Shown here: positions 53,078-64,000 of the stretch, piece after piece
Layout of the letters: each line of letters starts with the position of its first letter
Position numbering within the stretch: the first letter of the stretch is position 1
NCBI GenBank assembly: GCA_040954595.2
Contig: CM082578.2
Span: 8,727,519 to 8,791,518, forward strand
DNA: 64,000 nucleotides
Source of the DNA: Balanoglossus misakiensis
Taxonomy: Eukaryota; Animalia; Hemichordata
Direction of reading: 5' to 3'
Translations under genes and position numbers: made by a program
The notes under the pieces: generated by a model
Databases searched by the model: none
What the model saw: the letters and a program-made list of their open reading frames with translations, nothing else
What the model was told of the DNA's origin: nothing

Positions 53078-56000
53078 TAGGGTATGTAGACTCTAGGCCT
53101 AGAGCTGGCATATGTGGCGGGGGCCTGATCGAGACGTCCCTGGATAACCCGACAATAGGCATTGATCTGAAGGGTCAATGACATTGTGATGACCGTACGA
53201 CACAGATCCGGTGTATACCATGTATGCCTGCGCAGTCAAAACTGCCAATTTAAGTAGACTTTTATTATAGTGACTATTGTTGCTGGTGGCTAAGTGATGG
53301 CGGTGGTGACGTCAACATGTCAGTTTTATGCACAGAAATAGGGCGATAGTGTCCGGAATAATAGATTGAGATCAGCATTATAATTTTACCGACGGACATT
53401 CATATTTTCAATAGTTTTTTTTATTAACATTATGGAGCTTAAATTAGTCACGAATATATCACGCATCGTCCAAATGGACGTTTTTGCATATTTGCATATG
53501 CTGACGAAATGATGCAATTGTTTGTCGTAGATTAGGGCAGGGGAGAGAAATTCTCCACATCTGTGTTGTACGGCAGGACCAATCGGGGTATTTTTGGTTT
53601 AACCTGAACGTGACAGAACAGATGTGTGACCGTTATTGTATTGAAAGATACATCTTGGCTGTGGACTTTACATGTTCATTTCAAACATGTAGTTATTGCC
53701 CATTCGTCATAAATTTCACCGTCTTTGTTTGTAACGCGCTCCATAATTATAGAAATGTTTGACCTGAACACAACGAGAGCCGCCTGCATCATCATGCGAA
53801 TGACCCGGATCCCATAACCATCGCCAATAGAACACAGGACTTATAAATCAACATCGATATCCCAAAGAGTTCGTTGAATTCAGCAAAATTAAAAATTGGG
53901 AACAGTTGGTTCAGTGTTTTCAAGGGCTTGGGTGGAGGTCGGGTTGAAATTTAAAAATCCTAAAAGTAACCAGGAGAGGACGGGCGAATATTGATGAATG
54001 ATTTCGTCAAATACGGGAAGGACAAGTAAATATAACTACGACCCTGACGTTAGCAACAGAAAAAAACAGCACCCGAAAAAATTGCCGTAGACACCAGTCT
54101 ACTTGTATACTTTGGACGGAGTTTTATGAGTCGGGGATGATAACACTTGGAACGTATGGCTAGCGGCTACAGGTGCAATTGTGATCTTATCAGAACATTC
54201 AGACAATTTAAAACTCTAAATCCGCCACTCATTTTTGTTCGCGGTCAAGGTTAACTGACACACTTAAACCTCAGAGACACTGCTGTCACGCGAGCCCCTT
54301 TAAGCCATTTTGAAGACTTATTATTAAAATGCATCGTGGCGCTATCATGGCCAATGTACTCTGGATGGTGAGTTCGAGACCTGGGCGGGGGCCCCCGTTC
54401 ACTGACGGATGTATAGTGGTTCTGTTATTAGGCTGTTGATTGGTGGGTGGAAATTTTAAACAGTTTTGCTTAAAAAATCTTTTATTCAACTACCATTTTT
54501 GTGTAAAAAAAATACGAACGCAGATGCGCTTCGGTTTCCGAGTCGCACTGAAAATCACTCGAAATGGGTAACATTCAAATGTCATTGAAAAGTACCAAAC
54601 ACAGCTAACAAACGGTTTTCCTTTTCAGGGTCAGACATAACATGTGATTTTCATTGTAGACAGAAAATCGCCAGTGGTATCTGACGGTAGATTCGGAGGT
54701 CGTAGGGTTTTCATTAATAACCCGTTGCTTTTGTCTCGGTTGGGATGACAAATTTATCCAAACAACAATGCCACGCCCTCAGGGTCATCTGGGGCTCCCA
54801 GAACCCCTCCTGTCGGATACAGCTCCCATATAGCCGGCCCGGTGTATCAAATGGTTTCTTCTTAAATCGCATTGTATGCAAAACATGTGGTTTAAGGCTG
54901 TGATTAAAGAGGCTTTTCCCAAAAATGGACTTCGAACTCTCTTCCATGGCCGTTAAAAAAGGGAGACGTGTTATCGCAACTTGAATAAATATAACTGTAA
55001 GTTTAAGCCGAATCGTTATCAATTATCAGTTATGTTATCAGATAAATGCGGCCAACATAAGCACCCTTCCAGTCTCGCCAGATAACGTGAGAAGGTAATT
55101 TAAATACCTTATACGAACCCTAGAGGGCTTGAGAGGTCAAAGCCCACGCTTATACGCATTGCATTCATATGTATGCGTTGCTATAGGGTAGAGGCCTGCG
55201 ACAGTTGGCTGCAAGGGGAAATGTGTTTATGACCTCACCTGGCGAGTAGGGCAAATTCAGACCGCAACGAGACCGCAAACGATTACCAATAAACATCATT
55301 CAAGTATTTTACTTTTCAAACTTTCTAACGGGTCACGCATGGATACGGATACGCCGGGGTTCGGGAAATATATATATCCCTAAACATATAAGCTTTAATA
55401 TATATCCTTTAAATAACCAATCGGTTAATGTACAGCAGAGCTAGACTCATTAGAACATTCACACGTGCACCCCACGGATAAAGTAGGCCTGGCTGTCAGC
55501 AGTACCGTGCACCGTTTGCACCTGAAGTCATAAACAATATTATCGTGTGTTGGTGATAGACGTGAAAACTGGCACAGATCTGACTCACGTGTGTTCGACA
55601 TACAGTAAACAAGAAGAAAACAACGAGATCTCGAACGCAACAGAAAAATTGCATTTTAGTGTGTAGCGACATTCTCCTGTGCAGTGACGTACGAGATTTC
55701 TTGACGAGATTTTAGGTAAAAGCGGTAAATTCACAATGTAATATTCAATCGTCGGAAGACGCAGCGAACAACATCATCCAACTCATAATTCTCTAGGGGC
55801 GTTTTATTCGTCATTTTTAATAACTTGATTAAAATCATAATCTTGTGTTGACTTAATTAGCCGTTACATTTGAAATTGCATCATCTCTCAGTTTCCACAC
55901 ATTACTGGCTGTGTCGGTCGCAAGAAATTTCACATCAAGAACATTTCATAGCGATTACAAATTTCTCTTGCAGCTGCCTTGAAAGTGTTGGACTTACAAA

Positions 56001-56929
56001 TATTTGATCGGGCTGACCCAATATTTTAGACGGGTGGCGCCATATTGTAAGATAGCGCAGGTGGTCAGCATACGTCAGTCAATAGGCGTTGCCAACGTTA
56101 CTGTTGATCAGTAAATTTGAAGACACATAAGCGGATATGCCGGCGCATGCGTGTGGGAATTTATGAATTTTGAAGAGATATGATGAGCAAGGGGCCGCAA
56201 GTCAATCCGTAACTTCGAAGTGCATGCAGTTGACCAACGGCAAAACGTTTACATTACAAATAAATAAGTAATACTTAGTATATCAAATAGCAAAACGTGC
56301 GCTCAGATATTACGCAATTCCAAGGTGAGCCCCCGTGGTATAACTTCCAACTGGTTCTGCGTTTCAACTTAGGAGGATTTACGTCTGAGAGGGTAGTAAT
56401 TTTGGGTCTCCAGTACAGAAGTATGTTTAGTTCGGCCTCATAAAATTGAGATTTAAAAGCTGGTCAATAAATGCTAAGAGTCTTGATTAGGGACTGGCAA
56501 GTTTCTCGAAATTGAAGCCGAGGGGGTGGGGGGGGGGTCGGTGGATTGGTGGGGGAGTATTTTTGAAATTAAGCGAGTACATAATGCAAGCCTGGCCTGC
56601 ATCACCGTTTGTAATCTTTTTCAGCGCGTCCGTATATGGAGAATCCCTTTCTATTGAACAGAGTAATGTTAAATGTATAATATTTCTTTCTGTGACTTTA
56701 GCGACCTAAACATGGGACGGGGCTACCCGGGCACCCAGCCCAACGTTCAGTTCGCATGCAATCCTCGGGCGAGTTATTGTTGCAACAATCTTCGGTTGTG
56801 GTGGAATTGTTGCCTTGGCCGTGACTACAGTGGTATTCAATCATAGCAATATCTGGAGGGCCACAAACAAAGAAGATAGAATGTAAAGTACGTAGATGGT
56901 AGTCGCAAACGCAACCCACTCGACACCAT

Positions 56930-57595
56930 CTACTCGGAACCGTTGTCATTTCAAGTTGTGCATACATGGGATAAATCGATATCTCCGCACAATGGCAATT
57001 TGCCTGATCTTTGGCCGTCTGTTTTTCTGTGTTAATTGCCCCAGTCTAGGTCACTGTGAACTTGACATTATAGAACACAGATACCTAGGGAAAGGTGGAA
57101 ATATCCGGAATACAGGGCGCGTTTATGTCTTGCGTCAAGCACGGCACCCCTTGCATACATTTTCTTTGACAGTTAGCGTGTGATCTACACAGTTTAATTA
57201 ATCTATCGTCCGCTTGCATGGGTCATTAGCTCGACTACAGTCTCCCTAGCGAACCTTTTTTATTTTCGAAGAGCAAAGACCTTGGCGGGCGAAGATGAGT
57301 TTAATCTTTTACTCACAATACGCGCATGCATGTGTTAGCCATACAGTGAGGTAATTAACTGATTTGAATCTGCAGTGAGTGTTTTCAAGCGATCGTCTTG
57401 AGTACCAACTCCTGACTTTGTAACTATGTCAACGATGGCATTTCACTCTCTACTCGGAACCGTTGTTATTTCAAGTAGTATATACATGGGATAAATCGAT
57501 TTCTCCACACAATGACAATTTGTCTGATCTTTGGCCGTCTGTTTTTTCTGTCCTAATTGCTGCTGTCTGTAGGTCACTGTGAACTTGACATTATA
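56930..57595. repeat. About 145-bp direct duplication (56930-57072 and 57450-57595)
   Basis: Both copies read ctactcggaaccgttgt.atttcaagt...catgggataaatcgat...tgatctttggccgtctg...aggtcactgtgaacttgacattata. Confidence 0.85.
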
Positions 57596-60500
57596 TACCT
57601 GCACATATAACTCAGATACCTGGCTATATCTTCTGTAAATACACCTCGATTCTAGCTATAAAGGCATCTTGACCATGGTATAAGCATAAGAGAAAAGATG
57701 AGTTAGCGTCATCTTTGTACCATCAACTTCAACTACACACGAAAGTTTCATCATATAATTACAGTTATCATCCTCTTGCTACCAAAAACCATAAAACCAT
57801 AGTCCCCCAGGAACGCGAGGATCTATGATATACCTGCATCGCGCTCTGAGATATTACATTTTTATTGTCATAATTCTGTGTAAATATATTTAAATAAACC
57901 ACTATTTGTGCAAGCGATTTACAGGCGTTTCAGTCAGTTCTCCTGTTCGTGTAAAAGTTTGTCAGTGAGAACATTCTAGTTTGCAATTGGGTGACCGTTC
58001 TATATTTCATTCACCCGGCTATACAATATATTTCCATGTAGGTGTGTTTGCGCATCGAACCGAATCAGATAAGTTCGTTTAGCTGGCATTTAAGACACTG
58101 GATTCCGTCATTTATCACTTTTGTGCTGTCACCGTGGGCTCCAATCGTTCCCTCCTCGACTTGTGGTATGATTGGTAGCATTGTTTTTCAGCCCTGCAGA
58201 GAGGGGCAACTTGTAAATCAATGTCCAGTCCTGTCAACGTTTGACAGTGTGACGTGACAACGTCTTGGTAGAACGGCGGTTGGTTATTTATGGCGGTGTG
58301 TGTGTAGAAAGGAAGTCTGTGGACAACTTGAGTAAAATCGGGCCTGCAAATATTAATTCAATCGCTAATGCCCATTTACCATGATATGAAACGAAGGGAA
58401 GGGAAAATATATGGAACCGAATTCAAAGAAACGAGAGAACGCTCTCTGCGATATTACGATATGTTTTACTTGATAAGTACTTTGACGTACGTTTTGCTAA
58501 GTCATCGGCAATTTAGGTAGGAAACCGGAAAGAAATTCGACTTCGCTAATATAATAGCGACAATCTTTTGGCATTTTATCCAAAGTGGTTCGTTATGTCT
58601 TTTGGTTTTCATGGAACATAATGTCTGTTGAGGTTCCACCTGACGTAAAGCCACACAAATATACCATAAACCAAGCTACATCGGCACCGCATGTTACATA
58701 CTGTAGAGACATTACTTTTCCACAGTTTTTTTTTATTTCACTAGAATCGCCGATAAATAAAAATCAGACTAAATGTCACCCCAGTGCAGTGACAATGTAA
58801 AACCACAATAGTAATCATCGGTTTATAGCCAATTCCGCGAATTTAAAATGCCCAAACATCAAAACAGTGAAATTAAATTCAAACGAAACATTAATGTTTT
58901 TACAGTACTGTATTATTGTCGTGGTGCGTGCACACAGCTATGAACCTTATCATTGTCCTTTAAACATGGTCATACGATGTAGATAATTTTGATGATTAAA
59001 TTGGGCATCTACAAATCACGGAGTATATATCAATAATGTTTATGGCTTAATAGTTTGTGTTTAATCTTGGTGAAAGTTCATGAGTGGCCGGCACCCGTGT
59101 TGTACGTGCGTAGCGGCGAAAACTGTCAACATACATTGTACATATATTAATCACAAATTGTCAGATACCGGACAGAACAGGTCCTGCAGGAGTGTACCCT
59201 GGGAATGCAATCCAACTTTCCCCTTATGTAGCCAATAGGCGCTTTCGTACATCGAGAATGGTGCGATGGTCAGCACGCATACCTACTGACATACACACAC
59301 AGTCAAGTCTGCAGTGAGGAGTCAGTCTCTCTCTCTCTTCCTCTCTCTCAATCTCCCCCTCCCTCCCCTCCCTCTCTCTACCACTATCCGTAATAGTTTC
59401 CAAGACATCAAAACGTGTTTAGGCCAACATCGGAACTTTTCAGACATATGAAAAGACGTAGTATAAATGCAAAACGTGTTCATTAAATTGCACAGATTTA
59501 AAAATGGGGGTCGAAAAACTACAACTTTATCTAAATTTTCTATCATGTTAAAAGTCTACACTAGGCGAAACACGTAGGGGTGTCAAAACCGCGGTACATA
59601 TGTGCATACCTTTCTTTGGCAGTGCCCCGGAGTCTGTGGTCCCCTGCGCTCTAGTACAATCGCCCTTTTCTTTTAGTACATCGCAGCCTTGTGGTAGACA
59701 TCATGGATAGATATAGGAGTTGAACAGTGATGGCGCTGTTGGAACAACAGGCGTGGGAGTGAAAAACCAAATGCCTATGGTGGTACTGGTACTGACCGGT
59801 CTGCTTTGTTATAGTCTTACACACATCACAGTCGCGTGATACACACCCACACAATTACCATTGTCTTCCTTTGTTTTTCTGCAAGTTTAGTGGGTGGATT
59901 GCTCATTGATGTGGCACTCCTCTTCTGAAAGAGTAGTAGGGTGCAACGATAAGGTCAACAAACTCAGACCATGGACGCTCAGGCCTATGCAATAAGGACT
60001 TATGTCCCTATAAAGGCGAATACTACTTTAAAATTGAGCCTAAGATATACAAAAAATGCCCACATGTATGAAAAAGACCAAACACTGACAGTAAAACAAC
60101 ATGACACATACCTGGCACATTTTTGAACAGATTTGAAGGTGGAAGTTTACCTCTATCTGCCAACTGTCTCTGACCTTTCAGGTCATGTGACTGACACAGA
60201 GGTCAGCAAATTCAATGGGAGACAGGGAGTAGAGAAGGAATACACACACACACACACACACACCACACAATGATGACATTGCCAAAAAATGTAGTATTTT
60301 ATTTTGTGTAAACAAAACCCAGCAAATACTGGATGCCACTTTGCTGCTCTAGTTTGATTTTTAAAAAAATGTATGAGGCTGTGAGAAGAACTTACTGTGG
60401 GTGACAGTTTATATTTCTTTTTTTTTTTGCAGATCGTTTCACAAAAGAATTTCAGAATATTTGTGATTTCGCGTACGAGCAATCACTTGGAGTTCCTGAG

Positions 60501-62064
60501 GAACTTGCCCTTTCGACTGAAGATGATGATACAAAAAAAATAGTAAGAGAAGACTAGTAACAAATCGAGCAATTGTGAAAAAAGCCTTGTATAAAATGAC
60601 TACTGAGACTGTATGGAAAAATATGACTGCTAATATACTTTTGATCGTGCGTTGGTTATCACCGTGGCAACAAAAGACAGGTGGGGAGACCTGTCTTTTG
60701 TTTTCTGCAGCCATCTTTCTACACCCTAGAAACTGTAATAAACATTTACCAATTATGCGCAAAATGCTTTTTTTTTGTTCTTTTTCTGATATTTTAACGT
60801 TTTTATTTACATTTTTGTTCAGTGTTTGCTTCCAATAATGCCACCTACATTAACAATGCAAATATAGTTGTGCACAAACAAACAAAAGTAAAAAAAATGG
60901 CTGATACATCAAACGATATAACCAGAAGTAAATGTGTAAAAAAATAACATTTCTTAAACCGGCTTGAAACTATATTTTTTTAAATATTTCAGCAAAGGAT
61001 CTCTCTTCCTTCCACCTAATCTTAATAGGAAAACCCCTAAAGTTTGCACTTGTTCAAATTTTAACTTAAGCCCGACAGCTTCTATAAAACCATGCATTAC
61101 TTTTAATAAGCAGTTAAATACTAAAAAATATAGCAGTCTTGACTGTAGTAATCTCTTGCAAGATATTAAAACAATCTTTCTTTTTTTCTCCTAACTCTAT
61201 TCCATTACGCCCCCATCAAAAATACAGTGGCGTGTTTTGGCAAGACGTGTAAAAGAGCATAGAATTAATCATTAAATGCTTTCCAAAAGCAGCATAAATC
61301 CCTATAATTACAATTATTTAACTGGAAATCTCTAACCTGTAGTTCTTCAATCCATGGCCTACTGCAGTTGTAATTTTCATCATGATACTAAAAATTTGTA
61401 GAAAGTTCCACTTTGTTCCGATTACACAAGCTACATATCAATGCTATGTACTTCGTGAAAGAATTTAAAAAAAAAATTACCACTGAACTGGAAGACAAAA
61501 CCTACGAAATACAATTTTTTTCTGCAGACATAATTATATATGCATAGATATAGTGCACTGCAGTGCATGCAAGGTTTTGTTTATTTATTGGATTTTTTTC
61601 TGATGTGAGTCTCCATCACATCGGTTTAATCTCTTCCGTAAGATGTATGCATGTTTTTTTTGCTAAAAAATTCAGTTACTGCAAAAAGGCATGCCCACTT
61701 TGTGGCACTGCACCAGTCTCTTAAACACGGTGCAATATTTCTGAAATATGACCGATCAAGGTCATTTCAATATTCTACATTTACCATTTATGAGTAAAAC
61801 TAATTACCTTTAAAGATACGGTCCTTTGTTGAATCATTTTTTTTTTATTTAAAGTCATGCATAAAACAGGATAATGTTTTATTAACTTTTTTGTGGAAAA
61901 ATCATGAGAGAGGAACTATAGGCTTGCTCGTCTATGTATTTTTTTTTGAGAATTGAAAACAAGGCACAGAGAGTTATTTTAATGATACAAATATTGTTAG
62001 ATTTATACATATTATAATGACTTGAGGCAAGCAAGATTTCGTTTTTTTTTTCTTCAGGTCCTCC

Positions 62065-64000
62065 TTACGTGCAGACTAGCTCGAAGGGACTGCCTGGGAT
62101 GTGGTCGTTGCCCCACTTGACGATCATGATGTAGTTGCCTTTCTCCTTCAAGACGTAGTTGATGACATAGCGGTTCCTCCCATTGTGTTTGACGATGATT
62201 TCATCGCAGGGGGTCTTGGGACCAGCAATACCCACGGTCAACATGTTGTTGCCTGTAAACAGTAAAATCAATTGATTAAAGGGTGTGAAATATTTCAGAA
62301 GAGCAGATCTTCAGGTCAGAATAACCAATACTGAAAACTGGTTATGATCGAGTATATTTATTGCTAGGTGGGGATCCCAATCCGTTTTCAAAGACCCTCG
62401 AGGCTCTTTGTCATGATAGGAATGACTTCTGAAATTTGCGCTAAGTTTGCCATATCACATAACAGGGATACAAGGGATGTACAGAAACCAGTACCAACGT
62501 CCAATAATACAATTGAAATTCATGTCGAATGTTAGAATATGATGGTCCTGTGGATAAACTGCCCCACTACAAGGCAAAAGGTCCGTGCAGATTGAAATAT
62601 CCTAATTTTAGCTTAGTAGTTTTGCACTCTACACTGGTAATTTGTCGACAGCCTTTGCATGCATCGCCATTTGTCATTGGTTAACTTACCGGCATCGCTT
62701 GCATTGACAGTGAACTGTGCCTTCCTGTTGATGAAGGCTTTCTTCAGTCCCATACCGGTGGATGACACTTTGCTGGCGTCGGAGACGAAAGTGGGCATGG
62801 AGGCGTAGTTGGTGGTGGTCGTTGTCTTGGTGACCGTCTCAACAACCATCTGAGAACTCTCATGCACACCAGTAACACCAGCCTTGTTGGCTCCTGTTTG
62901 TTACAAAAATATTAGAGTTATTACGCGTGTGTCTTCTTTGATTACTTTTCTCAGCACTACCTTTAGGAGTCTCTCATAAAACATTGGTCAAACGCAACTG
63001 TTTTAATTCTCCACACGGCAGTTGAGGTGATTTGGGATTAAACTGAAGTACGTCTGGCTTCACTGTGAAGATCTCATTGATGTGCCTCTTTGCACTGACA
63101 CATCTCAAGTTCAAAGAATCACGAATGACCTGGCTTTATCTTTGCCTTTCCTGCATTCGATAGTAACACATGTAGCATATGCCCCACTCCAACTGCAATA
63201 TGTTTATCATGCAACTCTGGACGAGCACTCGACTCAAAGATAGACAAGATGCAAGATCACCATCAGATCACCCTACCTGTCACTTTGACCTTGAACGGGC
63301 TGCCCACAATGTGGTGAGCGCCGGCGTACTTGATGGTGATGAAGTAGTCACCGGGAGCCATGGGGGTGTACATGCACTTGTATCCCTCGGGCACCTCCTC
63401 CACGTCCATTTTGACCTTAGAGGGTCCGTCAATAGTGATTGCCAAAGCCCCTGCACCAGCACCACAGGTATTCACAGTGAAGTGGGTCTTCTCACCTTTT
63501 GAAAGGGAACACATGCACAGAGTCAGTCAGTCAGTCTCACAATTAACCCTTTTCACCAGCATGGTTCAGTCCAAACCCATTGTTTTCTATGGTAAGGTTG
63601 GACCTCCAGAGAGGGAACTGGGGGTGATAGGGTTAAACCCAGACAAAGAGACTTCCAGAGAAGCATGCAGCCACAATGGACGAAAAAAGAAGCATAAGAC
63701 TGGACTTGGCTAATTTGGATTGCGATTGGATGTCAGGGTTGGGTTTAGGATGACTGCAGTAGGTACCGGTAATGTATTTCACATTGATTTTGCAATGGTA
63801 TTAACTCTGAATATGAGTCAGAAGTTGGTGCCCTTGGCAACACGGTGAAATTTGAGAAAACATACCACCGTGCCCTACACTTACCAGTACGACCAGATTC
63901 CAGGCCAGGACCACTGGCATGGACCATTCCCGGATCTCCATCGTAGCTGCCGACACGAACACGGAATGGACTTCCAGGGATGTGAGCACCCTTGAATCTA
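62065..64000 (-). CDS. FLN: Filamin, C-terminal Ig-like repeats including the dimerisation repeat (gene extends beyond right edge)
   Basis: Exons >64000-63885, 63495-63277, 62893-62690, 62252-62065. Motifs [85 protein letters not shown]-rich 3' UTR with a candidate AATAAA near 60300. Confidence 0.96.
63547..63632. mobile_element. 86-bp piggyBac-like MITE in a filamin intron
   Basis: ttaa|CCCTTTTCACC...GGTGATAGGG|ttaa, i.e. TTAA TSD and CCC/GGG termini. Confidence 0.65.

Noticed and set aside
54335-54395. tRNA-like A/B boxes (gttcgagacc)
   Set aside because: No cloverleaf can be formed; at most a decayed SINE head.
41500-60200. Numerous 60-105 aa ORFs in the long intergenic interval
   Set aside because: No motifs, no consistent exon chain and lengths expected by chance. 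Non-coding 5' exons cannot be excluded.

Overview
Intron-rich animal genomic DNA with GT-AG introns and no operons, rRNA, tRNA or CRISPR. The gene and repeat content suggests a marine invertebrate, but that is inference. From left to right: the 5' part of an unrecognised spliced gene (minus strand, running off the left edge); four 12-exon amidase-signature paralogs (+,-,-,+; 1.8-25.8 kb) that closely resemble prokaryotic Rhodococcus AmdA-type amidases; TAF10; an intronless cytosolic sulfotransferase; an SLC16/MCT transporter; about 19 kb of non-coding DNA with MITEs and duplications; and the last exons of filamin. Most notable are a fifth, orphan amidase exon 1 (6906-7011) that is phase-compatible with paralog 4 exon 2, a TG in place of the AG acceptor in paralog 2, a mosaic of homogenised catalytic exons and hypervariable exons 1/9/12, and perfect nuclear-receptor elements (overlapping DR5+IR3 at 19546-19571; DR5 and IR3 at 52124-52428). 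Exon coordinates were read by hand and lack transcript support.
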